Under the pieces are notes generated by a model. That model searched no databases, was not told where the DNA came from, and saw only the letters and a list, made by a program, of their open reading frames with translations. A stretch of 64,000 nt of DNA from Azolla caroliniana (Eukaryota > Plantae > Polypodiophyta), in contig JBHGNT010000015.1 of NCBI GenBank assembly GCA_043228905.1, forward strand, positions 11,160,001 through 11,224,000, read 5' to 3'. A program made the translations under genes and the position numbers. Below, in pieces: positions 49,030 to 62,146 of this stretch. Numbering within the stretch: the stretch's first letter is position 1; each line of letters starts with the position of its first letter.

Positions 49030-52000
49030 TTCCTAATAGGGATTACCATTGGATTGTCCATGACAAGGACCCCGCAACTTTTGAGGAAGCACTCAACATT
49101 GTACTTCGGTTCCATTGGACTTCCACGAAAGACCACAATAAACCTAAGTTCGCCAAAACTCAAAATGTCATGTTCATTGGGAAACGTAAGCAATCTAGTG
49201 ACACTCTTGATTGTGACTCAAAGAAACCAAACCTGTTTTGTGCATATTGCAAGAAGTGAGGCCACACAAAAGATACTTGTTGTCGTCCTGAGAGGATGTC
49301 AACAAACACCCTGTGAATGTTAATGTGCAGAAGCATAAGACAGAACCGGCTCAGCCAGATAGCAATAGAAAATGAGATGAAGGTTTAATGGAAAAGCTTA
49401 AAAACACAAAGGAGACAGAGAGAGCAGAACATAAAACTATATTCAAAAATTAACTCTAAAACTCTGTTCATACAACGTGCTAAATAGAGTCCATAAAGGA
49501 CTGACAGAAGTATTGACAGGTACTTCACTGCTCACACGTGCGATTGACACTAACTAGGAGACAATGATTACCTAGTGGTCTAGGCTACTACTAGGCTTCC
49601 GGTTCCCGCTCGAATTCGGCTCTTCGATCCGGTTCCCCGATCCGGCCAGTTGTTTCCGGATACCGATCCGGTTCAGGCTTATTCATCCAATCCAGATCCG
49701 GTTGAGCTTGCTCGCTCAACACTTCCCCTCAAGCTCAACTTGAGGTCGGATCATGGTGTTAGTGTCCGCTGTAGCCGGTTCTTCTACCCAGCTCCTTTTG
49801 GCGTTGCTCCACTTCGCTCACGTTCCTCGTCCGGTCCGGTCTTGTTTTCCGTGAACCTTCTGGTTCTGTGCACCTCGACCTCCTCGGTTGGCTTGTCTGC
49901 TCAATAGGCTCATTTCAGCTCCCTCGCTGCTGCGACTTCGGCGCTTGTCAACCCGTTAGTTCCTTCGTGTTGGCATCGCCTTCCGCTGCGCCTGTGGCCA
50001 CTTGGCCTTTAGTTGATCCGGCTTCTCCGAATCTTGAACCGAATCAGTTTCCTTCGATTCGTTCCCGCTCTTGTCCGAGTCAGTGTTCTCCAACTCGTCT
50101 TCAGGTTTCAGGCCCTTCACCACACCGGACCACGTCCAGGTCTTGGCCGTTTTCTTCCGGTCGGCTCTATTCTTCTTGACTCTGCCGCCACTGCCGCTTG
50201 TTCCGACCTTTTCGGATGTGCGGACTCCTTCGGTCGGCTCAACTTTCTTTTTCCTCTTGTCTCCCCCTTTGTTGGTTCTTTCTTCCTCTTCGGCTCCTTG
50301 TCCGGTGCCATCCGTTCCCTTTCCTTTTCTCCCCCTCAAGTGCGGCATGTCGAGATGCTGAGCACCAAGCATGGCAGTGAAGTGCTGCAACTTGTCCGAT
50401 CCGAGCGGTTTGGTGAAGATATCGGCAATTTGCCGATCCGTCTGAACATACCGAAGTTCTACTTCACCGCTCAAAACCCGCTCATGTGCAAAGTGATAGT
50501 GAACTTCTATGTGCTTCGTCCGAGCATGGAACACGGGGTTCTTGGCGAGCTGAATGCTGCTCATGTTGTCACAATAAATTAGGATCACAGGTCTTGGAGC
50601 AGTTGCCGAAGCCAGATGGCTTCACAAGTGGCATTGGTAGTGCCCTGGTATTCAACCTCAGTGCTCGATAGAGCCATTGTTGGTTGCTTTTTGCTGCTCC
50701 ATGCAACAGTCGCGCTACCTAGAGAAAACATGTAATTGGAGGTGGATTGGCTATCCGATGCATCTGTATATCCGACTATTTCTTCGGTTATATCATGTGT
50801 ATAACCGTCCCTGGTCCTTCGTGCCACTCACATACCGGAGTATCCGGTGTGCGCACTGAAGGTGCTTGACGGTCGGCTTCTGCATGAACTGGTTGATCAC
50901 TCCAACCGGGTAACTGAGGTCGGGCTGAGTGATTGTCAAGTATATCAGGCTTTCGACGATTTGTCGGAACTGTTTCTCATCGCAGGCCGGTCCAGAGTTG
51001 GGACAAAACTTCTGGTTCCGGTCTAGGGGTGTGGAGACAAGTCGGTACTCCGTCATACCGAACTTCTACAGCATATTCAACACATAGTGTCGTTGTGAGA
51101 GCAATATGATGTCGGGGGTTCTGATCACCTCGATCCCAAGAAAATAATGAAGGTCCCCTAGGTCCTTCATTTCAAATGCGTTCGACAATTGGGACTTTAC
51201 TCGACGGATTTCATTGAGTCCGGGTCCGGTGATGACTAAATCATCAACATAAAGGAGGATGCAAACCGGACCGTCCGGACCTTGCCGGATGAACAATGAC
51301 GAGTTGGATTTAGAGGTCACAAACCCCATCTTACACAACCGCGTGATCTTCGCATTCCAAGCTCAAGGGGCTTGTTTCAAACCTTAAAGCGACTTCTTGA
51401 GCCGACACACCGCTGACTTGGTCATCTCCGACTAAAAACCGGGAGGTTGGATCATATAGACCCGTTCTTCAAGTTCACCTTGAAGAAACGCATTCTTGAC
51501 GTCCATCTGGTGAAGGTGCCACCCCCTTGCCATAGCAACCGCCAGTACGACACGAACCACCATCATCTTCGCTACCGGGGCGAAGGTCTCGTCGTAATCG
51601 ATTCCCTGGGTCTGTGCATATCCCTTCGCCACTAACCGGGCTTTGTACCAGTGAACCGAACCGTCGGCATTGTACTTTACCTTGTACACCCATTTGCAAC
51701 CGATCGGTTTACAGTGTCGGGGAGGGACAACGAGGTCCCATGTGTCGTTGGCATCTAGTTCCCGCATTTCTTCCTCTATAGCGGCACGCCAATTTGCGTC
51801 CTTTGCCGCTTCTGTGTAGCTCTCTGGCTCACGCACGTCCACCACCTTAGTCATGAATGCAGGAACAGGGTTCTCCAGGCAGGAAGACCGGTGTAACTTG
51901 GTATTACCCGGTTTGGGGCCCTTCTTGGCCAGGTCGGACTTCGTTCCCGAAGATCCACCTTCATCCTTTCCGGAGTCGGATTCGCTCCGATCCGACTCAA

Positions 52001-55000
52001 TGTTGCCGGTTTTGTATTCCGGCATCTTCTTCTTCCCCTTCTCTTTGCGCGTGAAACGTCTCCTCGGTTCCTTGCGGGGGGAGTGCACGACAGAGTCTCC
52101 ACCACTCGCCGGTTCCTCATCCTACTAGTCATCCCAACTTAGCCGCTCATTTGGTCCACTTAGCCGAAATGAGATAGGACCTCTTCTAGAGTGCCGAAGT
52201 CTTCATCTTCTACCTGGACCTCCTCGGGCTCACTAGCCTCATCTTTTGGAATCGGGTCTTCGTCAGGAGTTGGAGTCGGTAAGGAGTACCATGATGATGG
52301 CTCATCAAACTCGACATCTCGGCTTACTCGGACTGCTTAGTCCGGGGGTTATAGCACTTATACCCCTTTTGCTCATGCGAGTAACGGACTAGAATGCATT
52401 TCTCCGACTTCAGATCCAGCTTCCTCCGCGTCTCATTCGGTACATGCACATATGCTATGCTACTGAATATCCGAAGGTGTATCAAATTCGGCTTTCGCCC
52501 GAAATACAGCTCATGTGCTGACACCTTGTCACTGATCCGGTTTTGGATATAGACGGTCGTCCGGACCGCCTTGGCCTAGTAGAAATGGGGCATGCTCTTT
52601 TCCTCTAGCATTGCCCTTGCCGCGTCGACAATCAACCGGTTCTTCCTTTCGGCCACACCGTTTTGCTCCGGTGTGTACCTGCAACTGAATTCTCTCCAAA
52701 TTCTATTCTGCTGCAGATAATTGTAGAATTGGCCGGAAAAGTATTCTTTCCCGCCATCCGACCACAGGCACTTGATCTTCCTCTCTGTTTCCCGTTCAAC
52801 CAAGCTTTGAAGGTTCCGGAAACACTCGAAGACTTCGCTCTTCCTGTCAATGAGGTAGATCCACGTGTGTCGGTTGTAGTCGTCGATGAAGGAGACGAAA
52901 TACCGACTCCCGCCAAGACTAACGTTTTGTGCTGGTCCCCAAACATCCGAATGGATTAAATCGAGCTTGTTATGGCTCCTGTTTCGATTGGTGGGGGATG
53001 GAAGCCGGTGTTGCTTCCCGAGATGGCAAACTTCACAAGTTTCGCCCTTCCGACCGTTAAATTTCGGCAAACTGAAAACGACTTTTTTCGATTGCAAGTC
53101 TTGAAGCCTCCAATAATTGACATGGCCGATCTGCTTGTGCCACAGGTCGATGTCTGATTCAACCTTTTGCCCTTTCGCAAACATAGCGGTGCCGACATTA
53201 TCAGTGTTGAGGATGAACATCCTCCTATCTCTACGCCCTTGCGCAATTATCCGGCCCTCTTCCTCGATGAAGCACCCTAGGTGCGTAAACCGCACTTGCA
53301 TCCCCTGGTCGACAATTTGCCCAACTGACAACAGGTTCTTTGTGATAGTCGGAACGTGTAGTACGTTCATCAGCTTCCCCTTTTGTCTGACATGGCTTAA
53401 AGGGACTTCTTCGACATGCACAATTGGGTGAGGGGTGTCATCTCCGGTTTTGACAATCCCCGGTTGTTCCGGTTTCTCCAAAAAAGAGAACCACTCTTCA
53501 TGGCTCGTCATGTGGTTGGACGCTCCGGAATCAACTTACCATACTTCCTCTGATCCAGAAGTAGTCTTCTTCATCGAGTTAGCCTTCTGCTTCATCACGA
53601 AGGCTGGCCCTTTACCGGTTTTCCCAGTTCTGGATCCTTCCGATCCTTCCGCGTAGTGCGAGCTTTGCCGGTTCTCCTGACCGGTTTTGCCGGGTCTGGA
53701 TTTGTCTGAATCGGCGCGCTTCTTCCAGCACTCACTTTCCCTGTGGCCCTTTTTTCCACAGTACCAACATTTTGTGTCGGCCTTTCCTTGCCGGTTCTCA
53801 GCGCCGCTTTGACTCCCCCTGCTTGTGCAGGGTCTGAAATTGCTGGCGGCACAACCTTTGTGCCTCCGGTCCTACTCTTGTCGGCCGCCTCCATTGCGTG
53901 TCGACCCACCTCATCCACCATGTCCATGGGGCTGATCTTTCTCTGTGTACAACATCCGGTCGTCCGATTGAGTGGTCCTTGACCCACTTGCATGGTTTTC
54001 TTCGACCATCTGCATCAATTGCAAGTCGAAGAAGGACGGTGGTTTCTCCCGGGTGTGGATCGCTATCCGGATTGGCCCGTACCTTTGCGTTAAACCACCG
54101 AGGCAGATTTGTACCATCTTGTCTTCGTCCACCGTCACGTTGATGGACCCGAGTGCGTCGCAAATCTCCCTTATCTTGGTGGTGTAGTCCGTAACCGACA
54201 TGTCTCTTTGCAAGATGTTGTTCAGCTCTTGCTGAAGTTGCAACTTACGAGCTGTGGTACATGCGGCGAAAATCTTCCGTAGATTTTCCCAGGTCTCCTT
54301 CGGTGTCTTTGCATCCTTGATGTAGCTGAGCATTTGATCATGCACACCGGACGCGAGACAGTATAGTACCCGACTCACTCCTTGCTCCCATACCAGGAAG
54401 TCTTTGTGTGACGGCTTCGGTGCTACTTCATTTGTTCCTTCCATGAAACTCCAATATCCATGCCCTAGCAGGTACTGGTGCATTTTATATGACCAAGACA
54501 CATAGTTGTTCCGGTCGAGCTTCTCTGTTGGAAGTGAACTTGCCATTCCTCTGTCCATATCTTCTCTCTATTTGGTGTTACCAGGTTCTAGGGTTCGTCT
54601 ACGGAAGCAAATGTCGGCTGCAGAGGTTCTCAACCCTTGCGCTTTGATACCATGTGAATGTTAATGTGCGGAAGCGTCAGACAAAACCGGCTCAGGCGGA
54701 TAGCAACAGAAAATGAGATGAAGGTTTAATGGAAAAGCTTTAAAACACAGAGGAGACAGAGAGAGCAGAACATAAAACTATATTAAAATATTAACTCTAA
54801 AACTCTGTTCATACAACGTGCTAAACAACACTATTTATACAAGTCCATAAAGGACTGATAGAAGTACTGACAGGTACTTCAATGCTCACACGTGCGACTA
54901 ACACTAACTACGAGACAATGATTACCAAGTAGTCTAGGCTACTACTAGGCTTCCGGTTCCCGCTCGAATCAGGCTCCTCGATCCGGCCGGTTGTTTCCGG

Positions 55001-55800
55001 ATACCATCCGGATACCGATCCGGCTCATCCTTCCAGATGCCGATCCGGCTTAGGCTTATTCAGCCGATCCGGATTCGGTTGAGCTTGCTTGCTCAACACA
55101 CCCCTCCTCAAGACAAATCTCTGAGTCACACAAGTGAGTCTTTTGATGTTATTGACATTCATACCAACCACTTAAGCTCATGTGAATGCACTTTTCCTCC
55201 ACATTTACTTGGACCTAATGATTTACTCCGAGCGCTCGGGTATATCAATGGAACACAAGCACATTTCTTGTTTGATTCCAGTAGTTCTCACATTTTTCTT
55301 AATGATCACTTGGTGCGACAAAAGCAACTCCACATAAATGCAAGTGATCATATCTATCCAGTTCACATGGCAAATGGAGGCATCCAATACATCAGTGGCA
55401 TTGTTTGTCAACTGCCAATTCAAATCTAGATACCTACATGGAGAAGCGTGACTTTGATGGTATGAAACTACAATCCCCAGATGTCATTTTAGGATACCTT
55501 TGGTTTCTTAAAAAAAATCCTGCTTTGTCCATTGATTGGGTTAATCACTCAATCACATTTGAACTTAATAATTGTAAACATTTTATTCAATGTTCCAAAC
55601 TTTCTTCTCGCTCACTTGTGTCTTTTAAAACTTTAAGTATTCTAGTTCATCAATTTATTCGTGTGTAATTGATCCCACGCTTCAATTTTATTATTTTAAT
55701 CTTGATGCCACGCAATTACCACATTATGAACGACATTTACTCGACTCTATTTTAGAAGATTTTCAAGATGTGTTTCCTAATACATTTCCACTTACATTAC
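49030..55800 (+). mobile_element. Decayed gypsy gag/PR (49030-49311 plus 55099-55800) split by the copia insertion
   Basis: DKDPATFEEALNIVLRF, FCAYCKK.GH....C and GYINGTQAHFLFDSSSSH are homologous to ORF 60615. Confidence 0.75.
49312..55098 (-). mobile_element. Full-length decayed Ty1/copia retrotransposon
   Basis: LTRs 49312-49721 and 54653-55098, TSD CACCC, PBS TGGTATCAAAGC, PPT. Gag, PR, INT, RT ([13 protein letters not shown]) and RH (HARTKHIEVHYHF) lie in copia order. Confidence 0.97.
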
Positions 55801-56091
55801 TAATGAGGAGAGACAGAAAAATGATAGAGAACAGAAGAAGAAGAAGAAGAAGAAATACTTTAATATACTATTAGAAAAATAATACAATCTTCTTGGACTC
55901 TACAAAGAGCAACCCCACCAAAGAACTGCCTTAATCTCAATGACACTAATTCATAATAGTCTTTCCTTCTTCTCTCTTTCTTCTATTAAGATTCCCTTCA
56001 CTTCTTCTAGCCTTCTTATTCCTCCCGCTATCGTGGAGAATGTGCTTTACGATATAAAAATGAACCTAAATATTGTATTTAGTAGTAATTA

Positions 56092-56288
56092 AGAGACTTG
56101 AACCCACACACTTATATACAAAGTACAATATACATACCCCTAGGCTAGGCTATTTATTTTTAAAGGTATTGATTGTAAAGAATATGCTTCATGATATAAG
56201 AATGAAGCTAAATGTTGTATGGAGTAAAATTTACAGACTTCAACCCTCAAACTTGTATACCAAGCACAAGGTATACACCACTAAGCTA
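56092..56288 (-). promoter_or_regulatory. Two tandem tRNA-like A/B-box modules in an LTR-like repeat
   Basis: Minus strand TAGCTTAGTGG..GGTTGAAGTCT (56288/56245) and TAGCCTAGGGG..GGTTCAAGTCT (56147/56104), both with 43-nt spacing. Confidence 0.6.
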
Positions 56289-56387
56289 GGTTTTTTTTTA
56301 AACATATTTCCATCATTGTACTTATCCTATATCTATCTTCATACATATTTCATAAACCCTAACCCTAGTTTTTCTTATCTAAGCCAT

Positions 56388-57034
56388 ATCTCATAAACCC
56401 TAACCCAAATTTCTGAAATAACCCAAAAAGTCACCAAACCCTATTTTATTTCTGTTAATCTCCGTAAGCCTAAAACTTCTGTAATTCGAATCTTGGGATA
56501 GATTGTAATTTTTCTTTTCTTTGCTAATGAAAATTACCAAACTTTCTCATTTCGGTTAATTCATAAAATATAAACGCATGAATCTGGTATCCTCTAGTCG
56601 GAGGCCTTGGGGTCCTGCCTCACGTTCACGTATCTTTGTCGTATTTTCGTGACATCGGCCATGGCGTTGTCTTTCCTGAAAATGTGCCGTATCTCCAGAT
56701 TAAGGGACTTTATGTAAGCGATCCACCTGAGCATTGCCAAGTCTGGAGTCGTGCATCCGGAAACCATACCAAGAATCGGTAGGTAGTCCGTCTCAATAAT
56801 TACCTCAATCCCGATCAAGTAATCATTATCGGCCTTAATTGCCGAAACGATACCCCACAGTTCTCTCTTGACTTAGGCGTATCCTCGTTTAAGACCTTAG
56901 CACCGAACCGGATGACGAACCTCGCTCCGACTTCGTCTTCTTGGTTGACCACCCATCTGATTCTTGGTTATCGACCGTAACATAGATTGGAGTGTTCTTC
57001 GTATACACGGATTTTTGGAGAGCCGGTGTTGTTG
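56388..57034 (-). mobile_element. Second copy of the gypsy RNase H repeat block
   Basis: Colinear with 44569-45235. ORF 56594-56818. Confidence 0.8.
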
Positions 57035-57982
57035 TTGTTGGGAAATCGGTCCCTCTAGATGGGATCCGGTTATGGATGAAGAGGAACTGGTGAGAACCGG
57101 AAGAGAAGACATATTTGTAAATATGTTTTGAATAAGCCTATTGAGGCTATATTTGTAAATAGTCCTAAGTTCATATAAGTATAAATATGACTTAGGGCAA
57201 TCACTTTATGTGAGTTGTAGTCATATTGTTGTATGTGTATAACTGTTGCATAGAGTGAGTGACAAAGAAAGAGAGAGTGAGTGAGATGAAGAACGGTTTC
57301 TGTTGTAACCACTACTTGGCGAAGAAACAAACGTCGAGGTTGTTGCCTCTGAGTCTCTGATTGTACCTTTCTCATATAGTGATAGTTCGGAGCCTGTGGG
57401 CTCCCGTGGTTTTTCCCTATTAGGGTTTTCCACGTAAACGTCCTGTGTACTCTCTATCGACTCGTGTGTGAACGAGTATGTATCTTTATTCCCATTTCTA
57501 TGTTTGATCCTTAGATGAAGTTATTCAAGACTCGGTTGTGGCCGAGCAATATTCTGCGCTATTCTCTTCAAACTAGTATCAGAGCGAACAACACAAGAAA
57601 TGGAAGAATCGTTCGGCGGCATGTTCAAGATCACCGACTCCAACTACTCAGTCTGGACGTCACAAATGAGGGATATGTTGGTGGTTAAAGATCTTTGGTT
57701 TCCGGTTCAATTCGGGGACAAGAGATCGGATAATATCAACGCCACAGTGTGGGAGGTGATGCACATGAAGATGACGACATATATCCAATGCTTCATCGAC
57801 ATCAGCCTATACAACAACTTCAATGAAGAGAGCGAGGCTCAAGAACTCTAGGAGAAGATTGACATCATGTTCCAGAACAAGAATGTCATTAATCAGGTTT
57901 CGGTGTTCCGGAAGCTAGTGAGGCTCCGGTACTGGGATGGCTCCAATATGGCTGAGCACATCAATGCCTTCCAGGGACTGAT
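57035..57982 (+). mobile_element. Copia (Tork-like) 5' LTR, PBS and gag start, interrupted by a gypsy
   Basis: TGTTGGG LTR, PBS-like TAGTATCAGAGC (~57574), gag MFKITDSNYSVWTSQMRDMLVVKDLW. Confidence 0.82.
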
Positions 57983-58689
57983 TGTTACGGGCATGACCAT
58001 ATAATATCCCGTGGTGAGAATTTACTGTAGTATTCTATACACGTGGATAAGTGTGAGGGTTAAGCGAGAGTGTAAAGAAGGGGAGGATTACTTTTAATCC
58101 TCGGGATTGAGACAACCCATTAGGCCAACTGTGAACTTGCTTGGGAGCCTTGGGTATCGCTATAAAAAAGAGGCCTAGCTACCCTCATTTCATCAACTTT
58201 TAACTACTTCCAGACTCTGTTTCGTGGTGGTTCAATTCTTGTAGTGAGCGCGCCAGCACCAGGTATGACTCGACGCCACAGCGGTGGTATGAGACGTCGA
58301 TCGAGGCTCGAGTCTGTCTCGATCCCTTCGCTCGGGGGTGGTCGGGTGGATCGACCCCCTTCTTTCTCTCTCTCCTTTCTATCTATCTATCTATCATTCT
58401 TTTCTCCTTATCATACGCTTACATTACATCATATCTCTAATAGTTGGTATCAGAGCTCATGTTCTAATGTTTCTTTTGTTGTCTTTTGTCTTCTTGATTG
58501 ATGGTGATCGATCGATGTGCGGTCGGCCTTGATCCAGACAACGATCCCTTCTATTTTTTTTAGTAATCTTTCTTGTTTTTTTCTCTATTTTTTCTTCTCC
58601 ATTCTAATCATGTATATGGTCATATGTAATTTTTTTTTCCATTAATTCAATAATGTTGTAGTGGTAATTAATTGGTTATATAAAATGTT

Positions 58690-58965
58690 TACATATGTGC
58701 ACGAGGTCAATACCTCATTTGACATATATTTAATATGTGATTAGTGTCGTATGCATACGAGGTTAATACCTCAATTACGCATTACGTTCACAAACACATG
58801 TTGCGTTTGCATATGAGATCATTACCTTGATTTGTATGTAAATGATATGTGTTTGGTATCGTATGCGTATGAGGTCAATACCTCAATTTCCTATTACGAT
58901 TAACCCTTATTTTTAGATGTTTCATGTGCGTAGAGAGTATATGCCTCGATTACGTATCTCGATTA
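58690..58965 (+). repeat. 56-bp-periodic hairpin repeat array in the gypsy 5' leader
   Basis: GAGGTYAATACCTC cores at 58703, 58759, 58815 (degenerate), 58871 and 58933 (degenerate). Confidence 0.8.
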
Positions 58966-61541
58966 CACCATTTTTGGCTATTTTATATTACGATTTCCTT
59001 TATGTATGCATATGTGGTCACGTGTATACGTATTTGATCGTATATATGTGATAATATACATATGTGTATATAAGTTCTTATGTGATTTGAATATCGAATT
59101 TTTTCCTTTTCGAGGAAAGGATCTTGGTGGCCGTCCTCACATTTTTGTGAGAAGGGCGTTGTCACCATCACTTTTTCAACAAATTTTTATTGTTGACATC
59201 CCCATTGGTGACTTTGATTTCATTACGTAATGAAACAATCTTAGCCACAATGGTGTTGAGAACGTAGGGCTTGACCAACTTGATGTGAGGTCGCTCTTAT
59301 GACACACATATCCAACATCCCTCCCTCATTACATGGATATGATGCCACCATGGGATCATTCTTATGAAAGGCATTTGTAATGACATAACCATGTGATGGG
59401 CTACGTGGGCCTAGTACGAAAAGAGGGCTCATTTGGCTTGACCATTAGGTTGTCCTTTGCGTATGCCATCATAATTATGAGACTTGAGGTTAGGTAACGT
59501 ACCAATAAAGTTTGTGGTAAATGAGGGGGAAATAAGGACTCTTGACATATATGTTTCTTTTAAAAAAACATATATGGGCAAATGCCTCGCATATCTCTTA
59601 TACGCATTAAATATTAAACATTCAAGAAGGGAAACTGGCTTGGTTGGGTCAAGTGTTTAATGCATTTGTTCTCAAGGTCTCGAGTTCAAATATGACCAAG
59701 ACCATACATATGACTATAACACATGTTTAGACTTCAGGTCTAAATGCACTTCGGGGTCCTCGTAATAGGACTTAAATAGCCGAAACCACATATGTGGGCA
59801 TTGAAACATAGTTTATTGTTAACATTTTTTTCGTGTATAAACTATTCATGATTCGAACATTCATGGTTGAGCCTCGGGGAGCCGCCCCCATGGTTTTTAA
59901 AACACCTTTGTGTTACAATAGTAACCTGATCTTCAACCTCATCTCATACGTCTAGAGGGGTATTGACGTGAGATCATGATATCGATTAATGTTTGCCCAT
60001 GATATGTTTACATCATGACATGATGTTATGACTATTTGTCTGACGTTATCCTATTTCTTTGCCAGAAATAATCATTCAATGGCTCAAAATAATGACCCGA
60101 TGTCATCCGCTCAAGTGGAAGGAACTCAAGGGAATCTTCCTGGACAAATGTCCATTGAGATGTATTTTTCACAAATAAGCCAATACCTTAGTTTCACCGC
60201 TCAACAGATCACCGCAATCTCAAAGTGCTCTCGAGGCACATGTCATTAGTTTACAATGTGAGACTAATAGACCTGATGAGCGACAAGGTGAACCATTGTT
60301 TGTCGTTAAGCCATTTATGGGAGAAAATAAGGAAAGAACCGAAGAAACAATCTGCACGTGGTTGGGCCGATGGGAGTCTCATTTTGAGCTCTATCCCATG
60401 CTAGATAGTACGAAGATTGCATATGTCGGCCGAGAACTAGGGGGTAAGGCCGCCGCCGGGTGGCATGGGCTCCGAACTTTGGCGAAATTGCCCGATACCT
60501 GGAGAGATTTTGTCACAGTTTTTAAGGGCCAATTTCTGCAACCTCCCTCTCGAACCGAGGCAACACAAGCTTTAATGAACCTCTCTAGCAGGAAGTTTTC
60601 CTCACTAGAAGACTATGTTCACCATGCTAGAACCAAATCCAAAATTCGAGTCTAGAAGGGGAGAAGTAGTTAATAGCTTGTTTTGTCAATGGCATCCCCA
60701 ATTCAGACTATCACTAGATAACGATAAGGATCCAAAATCCTTCGAAGCGGCCGTTGAAATAGTTCTTCGATATCAACACACTTCGAAGAAGGACCACAAC
60801 AAACCCAATGAAGCTCCCAGGACTAAGAAGTTGCAATTCGCTAGGAAATGCAAGACACCCAACGAATTCATGGATCGCGATTATAAGCGACAACATCTTT
60901 TTTGCATATTCTGTAGAAAGAAGGGTCATACAAAAGAGCAATGTCGAAAGCTCCAACGGAAAGAGCACGACAGCAAAGCTAAAGCTACAAACCATAAAGG
61001 TCAGATTCCTAATGTCCTTCAGGTCTATACACATCATTTAAGTAATTTTCAATGTTCTTTCCCCAACTATGTACTGGGTCCCAATGGTTTACTATGTGCA
61101 AACGGGTATATCAATGGATATGCCGTACAATTTTTGTTTTATTCGGGAAGCTCACACAACTTTGTGAATGATCATTTGGTTCAGATATGGGGAATCCAAC
61201 CCACCGTAAGTGATCACACCTATATGGTGCACTTGGATGATGGAAGAGTACAATACATCAATGGGGCGATTCATTCATTAGGAATTTCTATTGATACCTA
61301 TATAGAGGAAGTAGACTTCCATGTAATGAATCTTTGTACCACTGATGTAATACTAGGTTATCCGTGGTTCTATAATAAAAACTCTTCTTTATCTATTGAT
61401 TGGGTTCATCATTCAATAACTTTTATACTGAACGATTGTACTCATTTTATTCAATGTGAAAAAAAACAATCCCTCTCGATTGTTTCCTCTCCATTAATAT
61501 CCGAGTTGTCTTGTTCTACTCTATTTCGTACACACGTACAA

Positions 61542-62146
61542 AATGGGCCCGATTTCGGCTTAAACCGAACCGAACCGTTAAACCATGGTTTAAAGGTTTA
61601 AAAGTTCCAAAATAATTAAATGTCATGGTTTGGTTTTAATTAATAATAAACGGTTCGGTTTCAGTTCGGTTTGGTTATGAAACTAGGGTTTATAGGTTTA
61701 TAGGTTTGGTTTATAGGTTTATAGGTTTTTGGGCTATCTTTTTTTATCCATTAAATGTTTATGTAATTTAATGGTTTAATTAATGTTTTTCATTGGTTTA
61801 ATTCACTTAACTTAATTGTTTATTTAATCTAATGGCTCAATTAATCTTATTTACTTATTTATTTATTTTAACATAAATGCTTATTTAATTTTGTGTATTT
61901 TTATTTAATTAATTTTTTAATTAGCTTGGCTTAAATGTGGTTAGGTTTAAACTTTTTATTAAATGGTTCGGTTTGGTTTTAACTTTTCCCTAAACGGTTT
62001 TGGTTTAAATGGTTTAGTTTACCTTTTCTTTTAAATGGTTTGGTTTAAATGTTCGAATGTTCATAAACGGTTTGGTTTGGTTTTTGTTTTATATAAAGGG
62101 TTTGGTTTGGTTTCAAGGCATAGAAACTGAACCAGGCCCATTGCTA
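61542..62146. mobile_element. hAT MITE of the same family as 13311-13860, inside gypsy pol
   Basis: Colinear with the intronic MITE. Right TIR GCCCATTGCTA is intact, left TIR is eroded, no TSD. Confidence 0.9.

Noticed and set aside
50013-50582. Antisense ORFs within copia elements (also 40530-41062 and 41155-41643) as extra genes
   Set aside because: Expected open frames on the reverse strand of GC-rich TE coding sequence, with no independent support.
58690-58965. CRISPR array
   Set aside because: Repeats are short and degenerate, inside a retrotransposon leader, with no cas genes. Reported as a hairpin array instead.
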